This document shows positions 18,235 through 28,550 of a stretch of DNA of 64,000 nt, piece by piece (the first letter of the stretch is position 1; the number at the start of each line of letters is the position of its first letter). Origin of the DNA: an uncultured delta proteobacterium. GTDB lineage: Bacteria > Myxococcota_A > Polyangia > Fen-1088. The translations under genes were made by a program, and so were the position numbers. The DNA lies in contig CAWCMR010000011.1 of assembly GCA_963796685.1 (NCBI GenBank), positions 1-64,000 of the forward strand. The letters are read 5' to 3'. The notes under the pieces are model-generated. The model saw only the letters and a program-made list of their open reading frames with translations. It made no database searches and was not told where the DNA came from.

Positions 18235-19797
18235 TTAGAACGCGAAGCGCACGCCGGTCATCGACGTCCAGCTGCTGTCGTTGAGGAAGCCCGCGGCCAG
18301 GCCGTCCACTGCCCGTGAGTAGTTGACGCCGGTGTAGACGTCGAAGTGCGGCGAGAGCCTGTCATCCAGTACCAACGAGGCGTCGTGGTACGTGCCCGAG
18401 CATGAGCCGGCGCTGTTGTCGGAGCAGCCGTTGGCATTGTAGCTGTTCTGTCGGAAGTAGTAGTACGCCCCCGTCACGTCGAAGGAGGGCGTGGCGGAAT
18501 AGCGAATGCCGCCCCAAAAGTACTGCAGCACCTTGTGGATGTCGTAGGCGGTATTGTTCACGGCGCTGAGCATATAGCCGCCAAGGGTGGCCGTGCCATT
18601 CGGCAAGGGATCTTTCGGGTTGGCGAAGGTCATGTGTTCGTACCCGGCATAGAGCGTCGCGAGGCGGTTCGCATACCGGGCCAGAATTGCATACGCGGTA
18701 TTGTCGGAAACCGTGGCGGCGAGCGTGCCCGGCGCCGCCGCGTTCTGCGCCGCAGTCAGGGAGGTCGCGGCGATGGCTCCGTACACGCGCCCCCAAAGCA
18801 GATCGAGCGACAGCCCCGCCAGGTTCATGCCCAGGTCCACCGATTCGGCGCCTGCCGGTGAGAACCCGGCATGGCGGAATTGGTAGAGCGCCGCCCCATG
18901 CACGGGCCCGCAGCCCAGCACGTACTTCAAGGAATCGTCGAGGATCTTGTCCTCGGTGCTGCCCAGTCCGCCCGCTGCGCCCGAATACCCGATGGGTGAA
19001 AAGGCTTGGGACTGCAATTGCGGATCGTAGCGAATGAGGTCGTCGGCCATCAACGAGCCTTGCCGGCCCAAGGTCAGCGTCCCCAGCCTCGCGGACGATA
19101 GGCCGGCCAAGGCCGCACCCTGGAACGCCTGCCCGGCTCGGGACGAATCGCCGCCGGTCGCTTTGTCGCCGTTTGCGAGCCCGTTGTTGGCGACGAGCGA
19201 CCTGGGACCGTCGGTCAATCGACCGGAGGTCGGCTGAAAACCGGTTTCGAGCTTGAAGACTCCCTGCACATCGGCAAGGCCGAGCGGCTCGATCCCGGAA
19301 AGGCCGAGCTTCGACTGGCTGAGCCCGTTGCCCGCCACGGACGTGATCGCATGGTTGCTGTAGCTCTGGACGATGTAGGGAAGCCCGGGGCCATAGGTAT
19401 CGCTGGGCGGGGCACCGTGCGACAGGTGGGCCACCCCGACGTCGAGGACCCCGTAGAGGGTCACTCCCTGCCAGGTCAGATGGGCCGGTGCGGCCGGGGC
19501 TGGGGTCGGCGCGGCCGGCGCCGGCACCGGCGCGCTCGGGGGTGTGGCAACGGGCCGCGCCAGCGGCGGAGCGGCCGGCGGCGCTTCGGGCAGGCGCTCG
19601 GCAGGTGCCGCACTCTTTTCGCGCGGGCTCGGGATGGGGGGTGCATGCTCGTCGGCGGCCTGGCTTCCAGCATCAGGCGGCATGGCCGCCTCGTTGCCCG
19701 GATTCTCATCGGCCAAGCTTGCGCGCTGGTTCGCGCCGAGAAGCAAGACCCCGATGATGGGCACGAGTCGTCCCCTGGACGCCATCTTCACAATCAT
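18235..19797 (-). CDS. Gram-negative porin with Pro/Ala-rich N-terminal extension
   Basis: VTLYGVLDVGV, SKLGLSGIE, GTLTLGRQ, terminal GVRFAF. Confidence 0.85.
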   Translation of the reverse strand: MIVKMASRGRLVPIIGVLLLGANQRASLADENPGNEAAMPPDAGSQAADEHAPPIPSPREKSAAPAERLPEAPPAAPPLARPVATPPSAPVPAPAAPTPAPAAPAHLTWQGVTLYGVLDVGVAHLSHGAPPSDTYGPGLPYIVQSYSNHAITSVAGNGLSQSKLGLSGIEPLGLADVQGVFKLETGFQPTSGRLTDGPRSLVANNGLANGDKATGGDSSRAGQAFQGAALAGLSSARLGTLTLGRQGSLMADDLIRYDPQLQSQAFSPIGYSGAAGGLGSTEDKILDDSLKYVLGCGPVHGAALYQFRHAGFSPAGAESVDLGMNLAGLSLDLLWGRVYGAIAATSLTAAQNAAAPGTLAATVSDNTAYAILARYANRLATLYAGYEHMTFANPKDPLPNGTATLGGYMLSAVNNTAYDIHKVLQYFWGGIRYSATPSFDVTGAYYYFRQNSYNANGCSDNSAGSCSGTYHDASLVLDDRLSPHFDVYTGVNYSRAVDGLAAGFLNDSSWTSMTGVRFAF

Positions 19798-19836
19798 GGT
19801 TGCCTCTGCGATCGGTGTGCGTGGTCGCTGCGCGCC

Positions 19837-20862
19837 TCAGAAGCTTCCCGCCACGACCATCCCCCCGACGGTGGGCACGAGCGCGATGGGCTCGGCGACC
19901 TTGCCAGACTTCGCCTTGGGTGAGTCGCTTCGGTGCGTGATCGCGAGGTAGAGCGCCACCCCGCCCGACAGCAGCGTGGCAGCGCCCAAGGCGTCGGTCA
20001 TGTATCCGTAGCGCTTGCTCCTGCTGCGGGCGTCATCGATCTTGGCCTTGGTGTTCGGGTAGGTGTCGATCTGATCCTTCAGATCTTTCTGCGCGGCCAG
20101 CGCGAGGTATCCCGATATGCCGGTGCCGGCTGCCAGCACCGCGGTCGTCGACAGGCTCACGATGAGGCCGGTGCGTCCCGGCGTGCCCGATGGAGGCGTC
20201 TTCGCGATCGACAGCGTTTGCGACGACGGCTGTCCAGGAAAAGTTGGAACGGGCGATACGACACCGGCCTGGTCATGCGCAACGACCAACTCCTCGAGCT
20301 TGAGGTCGACCTTCATGCTCTCTTTGCCCGCTACGGTGATCATTCGGACCGCTTCCGGTGAGCCTGCCTTGAACGCGCTCACCTTGTGTGTTCCGACGTT
20401 GACCGCAATGGGCCCAGGCAGAGGCGAGACTCCCACGCTGGTGTCATCGATGCGGAGGTCGGCGCCCGAAAGATTGGCGGAGATCTGCAGGTGGGCGATT
20501 CGTTCTTCGAGCTTCGCCGACATCTCATCGACCTGCACACGGCGATCGGCGGGAATGTCGCCTCCCCCCTCGCTCACGTACTGTCGGAGAGACGCGGAGG
20601 CGCCCACGAAATCGTGGAGCGCGTACTGGGTCTGCGCGATGTTGTAGAGGACCCGGTAGGAGGGACTGATCTGGTAGGCCTTGCGGAACTCCGCCAGCGC
20701 CCCCTCGTAGCTTCCTTCACGGTAGAGGTCGACCGCTTGTTGAAACCTGGTTGCGGCATCCTCCGCGGCCGGGCTGGTCGTGTTGCGAGACTCGGCCATG
20801 ACCGTCTGCGCTCCGCAGAGCCACAGCAATCCCAAGGACAGGACAAAGGTCTGTGTCTTCAT
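19837..20862 (-). CDS. TPR + PEGA domain secreted protein
   Basis: Signal peptide; ALAEFRKAY...VLYNIAQ TPR; GADLRIDD..VGVSPL..VNVGTHKV PEGA. Confidence 0.85.
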   Translation of the reverse strand: MKTQTFVLSLGLLWLCGAQTVMAESRNTTSPAAEDAATRFQQAVDLYREGSYEGALAEFRKAYQISPSYRVLYNIAQTQYALHDFVGASASLRQYVSEGGGDIPADRRVQVDEMSAKLEERIAHLQISANLSGADLRIDDTSVGVSPLPGPIAVNVGTHKVSAFKAGSPEAVRMITVAGKESMKVDLKLEELVVAHDQAGVVSPVPTFPGQPSSQTLSIAKTPPSGTPGRTGLIVSLSTTAVLAAGTGISGYLALAAQKDLKDQIDTYPNTKAKIDDARSRSKRYGYMTDALGAATLLSGGVALYLAITHRSDSPKAKSGKVAEPIALVPTVGGMVVAGSF

Positions 20863-21647
20863 GGCTTGTATGGGTTCCTTTCATCGATGGTCTTGGCTGC
20901 GGGCCGCAAGGCGGGCCCTTCCAGGTTCATTCCTGGCCCGAACTGTCGCGATGGCTGCGCCGGCGCCGGTCGATCCTGGTTCGTGCCTTTGCTCTCGGTC
21001 CGCGAGGTTCGTGGTCGGGCCACCTGATGGGGGGCGGACGTGTGGCTGCGGCGCAAGCTGATGTGCAGGACCACGTCGTTGGAAAAGCTGACTTGCTGAT
21101 TGAATGGAACGTAGCCGGACGCCGAGGCGGAGAGGATGTGGATGCCACGGTCCTTGGGTACCTCCAGGTTCAGTCGATGGCCGGCCAGCAGGTTGCCGTC
21201 GAGGCCCAGCTGGGCTTCCGCCGGATCGACCGCGACCTCCAATCGGATGGTTTCGGGGAGTGCCCTGACCTCGGCCATGGCCGCCGCCGGAACCGGAACC
21301 CCGGCCGGTACTGGTTGAGACAAGGGTGGGTGGGCCGGGGCGGTGTGCGATGCCGTGGTAGCAGCCGGTGTCGGAGCAAGTCGACCCCTTGCCGCCATGA
21401 CCCACGCCGCGACCCCCACGCCTAGCCCGGCTGCACCGACGAGCAATAGGATCTTCAGGTTCAGCCAGCGTTTGAGCTTGCCGGGAAGGTCGCCTGCCGT
21501 TGCAAAGACCTCGGATTCGGGCACCTTGCGCGTGATCGCATCGTGCTCGCTCATGATGACGTCGGGGGCGGCATTCTCGGTGTCGTCTGCTCCCGCCAGG
21601 GGACCTTCCTCGAGCGCGACCAAACGAAGTGGAGTCTTGTTCACCAT
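20859..21647 (-). CDS. Single-TM protein with PEGA-like domain (resembles the sensor tail of myxobacterial kinases)
   Basis: TM helix, Pro-rich linker, VDPAEAQLGLDG, terminal IDERNPY. Confidence 0.7.
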   Translation of the reverse strand: MVNKTPLRLVALEEGPLAGADDTENAAPDVIMSEHDAITRKVPESEVFATAGDLPGKLKRWLNLKILLLVGAAGLGVGVAAWVMAARGRLAPTPAATTASHTAPAHPPLSQPVPAGVPVPAAAMAEVRALPETIRLEVAVDPAEAQLGLDGNLLAGHRLNLEVPKDRGIHILSASASGYVPFNQQVSFSNDVVLHISLRRSHTSAPHQVARPRTSRTESKGTNQDRPAPAQPSRQFGPGMNLEGPALRPAAKTIDERNPYKP

Positions 21648-21703
21648 CGTCCTTGCCTACCTCTCGTTCATTCAGATTCGTGAAGGGGTGATCGCTCATT
21701 GCC

Positions 21704-22675
21704 TCATAACCAGCGCACGATCGTGGGACCGAGGATCTTCGACAGCAGGGACAAGCCCGACAGCCCCAAAAGCAGGTACGAGACCCGCTTGAAGCTCAGA
21801 TCGGAGGTCCGCCTATAGATGGCGAGCCCGGTCAGGGTTCCCGGCACGACCACGGGCAGGCTCAGGGCGAGAAGCAGCCAGAATCGACTGCTCAAGTACA
21901 TCGGATGGAACAGCGCGATCAGTGCCAGCGAGTAGATCTGCGAGATGATGATGTAGGGCTGGACGATGGCGCGATGGCGCGCCTTGGGCAGACCACGCAG
22001 ACCCGTCCACACGACCACTGCCGCCCCGGGGAACGCCGTGAAACCGCCGGCCACGCCTCCGAGGAAGCCGACGGCCGCGCCCCAGCCCGGGCCGCTGGTG
22101 CCGCGTACTTTGAAGCTCGCGGGCTTGAACATCGAGTAGGCGGCATAGCTGGCCAAGAGTGCGCCGAAGACCAGCATCAGGTAGGTGGCCGGCAAGTGAA
22201 CCAGAAGCCAGATTCCGATGGGCACGCCGACGACACCGCCCAGCATGCATGGCCCCGGCCCGGCCCAGAGCTCCTTGCGTGACTTGGGCATGTCCGCGCG
22301 CAACTGCCCGACGGAAAGGAGTTGATTCCCCGTCGACAAGGCTTGAAACAAAGGCACCTGTAGGATGGGCGGCAGGATGAGCAGGCTGGCGGCTCCGATG
22401 GCGGAGAAACCGAACCCGGAAAGCCCGCTCATCACGCCCGAGAGAAAGACGATGGCCTCGAGGCTGACCAACTCGCGAAGGTTCAGACCGGCCGCCGAGT
22501 TGGGCGTAGTCGGGCATGCGGCGATGAGGGCGACGACTGTTACCAGGGCGGCGGCCGCACCCAGCAAGAGCTTGTTCTTCGATGAACCGAGGAGCCGACC
22601 CGCCGGCTCGGCGCGCACAAGCGGCACGATAAGGGGCGTCGGGTGTATCTGCGTGGCGATGGGTGTTGCGGGCAT
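21704..22675 (-). CDS. TauE/SafE family membrane transporter
   Basis: SGLSGFGF, GVPIGIWLL, GFLGGVAGGFTAFPG. Confidence 0.85.
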   Translation of the reverse strand: MPATPIATQIHPTPLIVPLVRAEPAGRLLGSSKNKLLLGAAAALVTVVALIAACPTTPNSAAGLNLRELVSLEAIVFLSGVMSGLSGFGFSAIGAASLLILPPILQVPLFQALSTGNQLLSVGQLRADMPKSRKELWAGPGPCMLGGVVGVPIGIWLLVHLPATYLMLVFGALLASYAAYSMFKPASFKVRGTSGPGWGAAVGFLGGVAGGFTAFPGAAVVVWTGLRGLPKARHRAIVQPYIIISQIYSLALIALFHPMYLSSRFWLLLALSLPVVVPGTLTGLAIYRRTSDLSFKRVSYLLLGLSGLSLLSKILGPTIVRWL

Positions 22676-22677
22676 GG

Positions 22678-24200
22678 TTACTCCTTCTCACAGAAGCCGT
22701 AGTTGCACGCCGGGGCGCTGGCCGGACAGTCGTTGGGCGTCGTGCAGAGCGCGCAGGATGCTTTCCCGGTCGTGCGGTGGTCGAAATAGCAACCGCACTG
22801 AAACTTGGATGGATTGCCGACGAAACTGCCCATTTCGGTTTCACGCGCGACGTTCATGGCGCATTGAGGAACCAACGAGGCGTCGATCATCGCGTCCACG
22901 AGATTCTGTTCGAGCTTGGGAACCGCGAATCGAGTCACGAACGCACCGGCCGCAGGCGAGGGCGCACCGTTGAGGTTGGCGGTGTAGAAGTGCACGTACC
23001 CCCACAGTGGGTAGTGGCCGTCGCGCACGTTGGCCTTGTTGAGGGACGTGGCGGTCGAGTCGGGCAGGTACCCGGTCAGTCTGACCTTCTCCCTGCAGGA
23101 AGAGAACCCGCAGATTCCCGCGCGACTTGTCGGCGTAGTCGATGGATAGAATCCCGATGGATTCATCGGGTGCTGCGGAGGCATTTAGCGAATCGCGGAT
23201 GTTGTCGGTCGACAGCCGGTCGACGCCCCAGAATGCGGTTCGTGGCACGTGGATGAGCTCGGCGGTAAGCGCGGTTGAACCGGCGCCCGAATTGCGGATG
23301 GAGTAGTAGGAGGGATCCATCCAAGGTGTTGCGGGAAGGCCAAGAGGATTCTGACCACCCAATCCGAAGATGAGGTGCGCCGCTTCGACGCTGATCGAGG
23401 TCTGGGTGGAGCCGGCGGGAACGGTGAAGCCGAAGGTCACGACCGGGCCGAGGTAGCTCGCAATGGAGGTGTTGGGCGCGTAGGCCGGACTGCACACCGT
23501 CGAGTACAAGTTCGACACCCCGATGTCGACGACCTTGCCATCGGCGTCGAGCGTGCAGCTGACCTGGTTGCCGAGGTCGTCGAAGAAGTAGGCGTAGTTG
23601 GCCGCCTTGGTTGCCGTGCCAGGCGCGTCCTTGATGACGGCCATGGTGGGATCGTAGATGTTACTCACGCCACCGCAGGATGTTCCGGGCAGAAAGACCG
23701 GACGATACGCAGGCGTGCCGGCCATCAGAAGTGGCGTGACGTTCTTGAGCAACGGTCCAAAGTCGGACGTCCCCGCCATGTAGATCACGTTGGGCCCGGT
23801 ATCGGCGCAGGCTGAGAGCCGGTGGCGTCACCGGCTTGATGGTGGCGGTGAGCGTACCGGCGCTGACCGGTGGCAGAGGATCCGGCACGACCGCGGCTGG
23901 ACCGCAGAGGCCGAGTCTCGCGCAGTTGTCGAAGCCCAGGGTCTGGGCCGAGGTGCAGGCGTTGAGGTATTCGGCTGTGGTCGAGGGGGGGCCGTAGAAG
24001 CAGCCCTTCGGGCCAAGTCCGGAGTTGACGCAGATCCCTTGGTTGCAAATCGCGTGCGCCGTGTCGCCGGTCTCGAACTTGGCACAGTCGAGATCCGTGC
24101 TGCATTGAACGATGTCTCTGTCCATCATCACGCTGCAAGCGCTTGCGAGGGGCAGCACGACAGCCACCGCAATCATCGAGGCCCGGTTCTTCTTCGCCAT
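22678..24200 (-). CDS. Cys-rich lipoprotein with periplasmic-binding-protein-like domain, split by two frameshifts (~23810, ~23080)
   Basis: Lipobox ASAC; continuous sense across ORFs 23661-24200, 22841-23788 and 22678-23184; IRNSGAGST and NVRDGHYPLWG motifs. Confidence 0.7.
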
Positions 24201-24778
24201 GTCGTCCTCTCACAAAGAGTTCCAGAAAAGGCGCCGTCTTCGGCGTTGGCCCACTATCGGAAAGCGCGCAGATTTCTTTAGCCAATCGCGCTGTGACATA
24301 TGACGCAATGTCTCGATGCGGCCATGCGTTTGCGTTACGCGGCGGCCTGGAAGGTGCGCGGCCCTACGAAACAGCCGTCGGGAGGACAGCGGTCGGGAGG
24401 TCTCCTAGTCGTCGCCTAGTCGGCCGCTGCCACGATCATGCCGGCCAGGCCCGCGAAGTATTCCAGCCAACCGGTCATCTCCTTGTCGGAGGTGTCGGGC
24501 TCGGGGCCTCCTGGTCAGCGTGCTGGCCGGCTTGCTGGTCGGCCGGGGCCGCATCCGCCCAACAAAGTCGAGACAACAGAAACGCCACCAACAGCAGTGA
24601 CCGGCGGAGGGTTGGCTGGTGGGCGTCGAACAGGTGCATGGATGCGGCCCCCTCCATAGCAACACGGGGGCCAACCGAACAGACGGAAAAGCCACGGCCA
24701 CAACCTTCTGCGCCTGGCGCGGGATGATGGCGTCAAGCACCCCTGGCTTCGGCGGGCGCGGCACGGTACCATGATCGA

Positions 24779-25375
24779 ATGCGGTCGTTGGAGGGGGCGG
24801 TGCTCATGGCGCTCATCGCGCTCGGGTCTGGCGACCTCGCGGCGGGGGAGCCCGAGCGGCCAGCGCCACGGTGCCTGGCCCGCGCCCGCAAGCAGCTCCC
24901 CGGCGAAACCATGGCGTCGTTCGTGCAAGGCGGCCACGTGAGGAGCAAGCAGCTGCTATTCCGGCGTGGCGAGGTGGTGCTGGTCATCGACTACCTGGTG
25001 CTGGAAGAGACCACGCGAGCTTTTCTCAAGCAGAAGGGCGCGGAAAAGTTTCCGGAAGAGACGCGTCTCCTGCAACGCTTTTCCTTGGCGTTCAGAAACC
25101 ACGACGAGGTAGACGCCGGCCCGCTGGTGCAGAGCAAGCTCGAACAAGAGCGACTCGATTACCGTCTGGCCGAGGCCATCGACCAGGGTGCATTCGTGGT
25201 TCGCGACGCTCGCGGTTCCTCGAAGAAGGCCCCGGCGACCGCGCAGGCGGCGCCCGACCTGCTCCTGCGTCTCGATTACAGCTATGAATGCGGCGACGAA
25301 TGCGGAACCGGCGGACGGGTCTACCTGACGGATGCCTGTCAACAGATGGTGGCCGTCACCGACTGGGTCCACTGA
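24779..25375 (+). CDS. Hypothetical secreted protein
   Basis: Signal-like N-terminus; C-terminal CGDECGTGG motif; GC3-biased codons. Confidence 0.7.
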   Translation: MRSLEGAVLMALIALGSGDLAAGEPERPAPRCLARARKQLPGETMASFVQGGHVRSKQLLFRRGEVVLVIDYLVLEETTRAFLKQKGAEKFPEETRLLQRFSLAFRNHDEVDAGPLVQSKLEQERLDYRLAEAIDQGAFVVRDARGSSKKAPATAQAAPDLLLRLDYSYECGDECGTGGRVYLTDACQQMVAVTDWVH

Positions 25376-25469
25376 CACTCCAATTCCGCGACAAGAAGAG
25401 ACAGCGCGGAAGGTCCCAGGAAGAGACACCTTTCCACGACGGACGCACGCTCCCAATCGGAGCGATGAC

Positions 25470-25571
25470 GGGTGGACGTGGACGTAGACGGCTTACCGTG
25501 GCCGTGGTCGTGGCCGACGACAATGACAACCGGCCACGGCCACGGCCACGGCCACGGCCACGGCCACGGCC
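25470..25571. repeat. Hexamer-based palindromic intergenic repeat, copy 1
   Basis: (GTGGCC)n-like arm, short spacer, (GGCCAC)n arm; 42/47 identity with 53801-53847. Confidence 0.85.
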
Positions 25572-25595
25572 TTCTGTGGCTATCGCGGGAATGGG

Positions 25596-26219
25596 ATGAC
25601 ACTGGCGCCGCTCCCTGGCCGACGTATAAGCACAGCCATGACCAGGTTCATGCCAGCCCAAATCGCTGCCGCCGCTGCGGCCCTTCGTCAGGGCGAAATC
25701 GTGGCCTTTCCGACCGAGACCTACTATGGGCTTGCGGTGGACGCGCTCGACGGAGCGGCGCTCGAACGACTGTTCGAGCTCAAGGGTCGGGACAGCGAGA
25801 AGGCGAGCGCCCTGCTGGTCGTTGACCTGGCCATGTTCGCCGACCTGTGCACGGGGGTGCCGGAGCGGGCGCGCGCGCTCGCGGCCGCCCACTGGCCCGG
25901 ACCCCTGACCCTTGCCCTGCCGGCGAGAGCAGATTTGCCCGCGGCCATCGTACGCGACGGCTTCGTGGCCGCACGTGTGTCGTCGCACCCCGTTGCGCAG
26001 GCGCTGGTGACCGCGCTTGGGCGCCCCATCACCGCGACCAGCGCCAATCCAGCCGGCGCGGCGCCGCCCCGAACCGCGGCCGAGGTTCGCGCCTACTTCG
26101 GCGCGCAACGGCTTCACGTCCTCGACGGCGGCCCAACGCCCGGCGGGCCGCCGAGCACGTTGGTGAGGTTGCGCGGCGAGAAGATCGAGGTGTTGCGCGT
26201 GGGAGCGATCGCGCTCTGA
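25596..26219 (+). CDS. tsaC: L-threonylcarbamoyladenylate synthase (Sua5/YrdC)
   Basis: VAFPTETYYGL, LKGR, WPGPLTL, TATSANPAG, PSTLV; start may be 25638. Confidence 0.93.
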   Translation: MTLAPLPGRRISTAMTRFMPAQIAAAAAALRQGEIVAFPTETYYGLAVDALDGAALERLFELKGRDSEKASALLVVDLAMFADLCTGVPERARALAAAHWPGPLTLALPARADLPAAIVRDGFVAARVSSHPVAQALVTALGRPITATSANPAGAAPPRTAAEVRAYFGAQRLHVLDGGPTPGGPPSTLVRLRGEKIEVLRVGAIAL

Positions 26220-26280
26220 CGGTCCCGCAGGCGACGTCTACTTCCTCGTCTTGGCGTCGTCCTTCGTCTTGCCGAGTTGG

Positions 26281-26400
26281 ACAAATATTGTGTAATTACA
26301 GGTATATGCAACATATAGTTGCCGGGCCCATGAATCTGCACATGACTGTTTTTATATCTATAAATTGTATTTGACATTACTACTTAGTGTAGTAATAATA
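26281..26400 (+). promoter_or_regulatory. AT-rich promoter region
   Basis: Sharp AT-rich island with ttgaca and taataa-like boxes just upstream of 26406. Confidence 0.55.
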
Positions 26401-26405
26401 GAGTC

Positions 26406-27023
26406 ATGAGGCGCACACTGGTCATGGCCGCGATGCTTGGGATGGCTGCCGCCACCGCGCCGGCCTCGGCGTATGCCCAGGACCAGAACACGGTCGAGGC
26501 GGCGCTCGCGGCCAAGCGCGCCGAGCGTTGGCCGGTGGTGGGCGTGATGGCCGACGTGGGACTGCCCGACGGCGCCATTGGCTCGTTGGTGGTCAGGCCA
26601 TGGCAGTGGTTCAGGGTCTATGGCGGCGGGGGCAGCAACTCGGTCAGCAAGGGCTGGCGCGGCGGTTTCAGCCTGCTGCCCTTCGGCGCCGGTCCCTCGG
26701 TTTCACTCGAATACGGCCACTACGCCGACGGCAACGCCAACGGGCTGGTCCGTCGCATGGCAAGCGGCGAGCTCAAGGACAGCCCCCTGCTCGACAAGGT
26801 CGGCTACGACTACGCCAACGCGCACGTCGGCCTCGATTTTGGCGGCAAGCGCGCGATCTTCTTCGTTCACGGCGGCATGTCCATGGTGTGGGCACAGCTT
26901 CATAACCTGAACGATGCTCTCGGCAGCCCGGGCTCGAGCACGGTGGTGACGGTGAGCCAGGATCCGAAGATCAAGGTCACGGGTTCATCGCTCAAGGTAG
27001 GGCTGATCATTTTCCTGATGTGA
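26406..27023 (+). CDS. Probable outer-membrane beta-barrel protein
   Basis: Signal peptide AYA|Q; amphipathic strands; terminal SLKVGLIIFL. Confidence 0.7.
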   Translation: MRRTLVMAAMLGMAAATAPASAYAQDQNTVEAALAAKRAERWPVVGVMADVGLPDGAIGSLVVRPWQWFRVYGGGGSNSVSKGWRGGFSLLPFGAGPSVSLEYGHYADGNANGLVRRMASGELKDSPLLDKVGYDYANAHVGLDFGGKRAIFFVHGGMSMVWAQLHNLNDALGSPGSSTVVTVSQDPKIKVTGSSLKVGLIIFLM

Positions 27024-27030
27024 GGCGGTC

Positions 27031-27582
27031 ATGCGTACGACGACGACAAGAGCTCCCCTGGTAGTGGCACTGACCTTCGCGGCGGCTGGTGTTGCTTCGT
27101 GTGCGAAGGTCGAGGCCGATGTGCCCCAGGCCGAGGTCACGCAAAAGGCGGTCGAGTTTCGAGGTCTTCCGGGTGGCAGCCAGCTCGGCGAAGTCTCGGT
27201 CACGCAGTCCTTTACCCTTACCTCGGACGACTTGTCCTGGGCCAAGGACCTCAACTCCGAGGTCTATGCCTACGAGGTCGAGCTCAAGGCGGTGGGCGCG
27301 GTCCAGGATCTCAGCTTCATCCATTACGCCCACATCACGATGGCGGATGGCTCGGATGGCGCCACGACGCCGCCGGTCGAGCTCGTCAACTACGAGCGGC
27401 CCGAAGGCGCGTCGGCGAGCCCGATCATCGACGCCAAGACCCTGTCCCCCGTCAACGTGTCCGAGGTGTGGGCGGCCAAGAAGGTCGTCATCACCATGGT
27501 GCTCGCCGGCGTGTTCCCCGAGGTCGCATGGTCCGCCGACGTGACCGTGCACCTGAGCGGGAAGATCTCGTACAAGTTCTAG
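27031..27582 (+). CDS. Lipoprotein of unknown function
   Basis: Lipobox VASC; beta-rich. Confidence 0.75.
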   Translation: MRTTTTRAPLVVALTFAAAGVASCAKVEADVPQAEVTQKAVEFRGLPGGSQLGEVSVTQSFTLTSDDLSWAKDLNSEVYAYEVELKAVGAVQDLSFIHYAHITMADGSDGATTPPVELVNYERPEGASASPIIDAKTLSPVNVSEVWAAKKVVITMVLAGVFPEVAWSADVTVHLSGKISYKF

Positions 27583-27662
27583 CGGGAATCAATCACCGGC
27601 TTGCGCTGGTGCGTGCGACCAGGCACTCTCCGTGTGTTCATGAACCACACGGGAGGACGCGC

Positions 27663-28532
27663 ATGATCGGCATCATCGGCGGTACGGGCCTTGGAGAATC
27701 GCTGGGGGCGCTTGGCGCCGGACAAAGCCACACCATCGATACGCCTTTCGGCATGCCCTCGGGGCCCATCGTCACCACGCAAATAGCGGGGGCGCCGGTC
27801 GCGCTGCTGTCCCGACACGGGGAAGGCCATTTGCTCAGCCCCTCGTCGGTTCCTTATCGCGCCAACATCTACGCCCTCAAGTCCCTGGGCGTGACCCACA
27901 TCCTGGCCAGCGCCGCGTGCGGCAGCTTGCGCGAGCCCATCGCCCCGCGCGATCTGGTGCTGCCCGACCAGGTGATCGACAAGACCTTCTGCCGGCAGGG
28001 CTCGTTCTTCGACGGCATCGCGGCGCACGTCGAGATGGCCATGCCGTTTTGTCCGACGCTGCACCATGTGCTGTCTGACGTGGGCGCGGGGCTGCCGGTC
28101 AAGGTGCACTCGCGCGCCACCTACGTGTGCATGGAGGGCCCCCAATTTTCTACCCGCGCCGAAAGCGAAATGCACCGCGCCTGGGGCGGCGACCTCATCG
28201 GCATGACCCTCATGCCCGAGGCCAAGCTGGCGCGCGAGGCGGAGATCTGTTACGCGGCGGTGGCGCTGGCCACGGACTACGACTGCTGGCGCAAGCGGTC
28301 CGGCGACGAGGACAAGCTGCGTCTGCTGGAAGAGATCATCGGCAATGTGAAAGCGGCGACGCAGAACGCGCTTGCCCTCATCGCCAAGGCCATCCCGCAG
28401 GTTGCGGCACGCAGCGCGCAGCCTTGCGATTGCCAGTCGGCGCTCAAGCTAGGCATCTGGAGCGACAAGCGCATGATCCCGGACGACGTCCGCGACCGTT
28501 TGTCGCTCCTCATCGGGAAGTACGTTGGGTAA
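27663..28532 (+). CDS. mtnP: S-methyl-5'-thioadenosine phosphorylase
   Basis: IGIIGGTG, TPFG.PS, RHG, RANIYALK, EGPQFSTRAES, GMT..PEAKLAREA, TDYDCW. Confidence 0.95.
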   Translation: MIGIIGGTGLGESLGALGAGQSHTIDTPFGMPSGPIVTTQIAGAPVALLSRHGEGHLLSPSSVPYRANIYALKSLGVTHILASAACGSLREPIAPRDLVLPDQVIDKTFCRQGSFFDGIAAHVEMAMPFCPTLHHVLSDVGAGLPVKVHSRATYVCMEGPQFSTRAESEMHRAWGGDLIGMTLMPEAKLAREAEICYAAVALATDYDCWRKRSGDEDKLRLLEEIIGNVKAATQNALALIAKAIPQVAARSAQPCDCQSALKLGIWSDKRMIPDDVRDRLSLLIGKYVG

Positions 28533-28550
28533 ATCGAAGAGGAGCAAGCG

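Noticed and set aside
24294-24309. CRP/FNR-like site tgtga-N6-acgca
   Set aside because: Only one good half-site; insufficient support.
25472-25825. His/Gly-rich or RP/WP repeat peptides
   Set aside because: Translations of the non-coding GGCCAC hexamer repeat.
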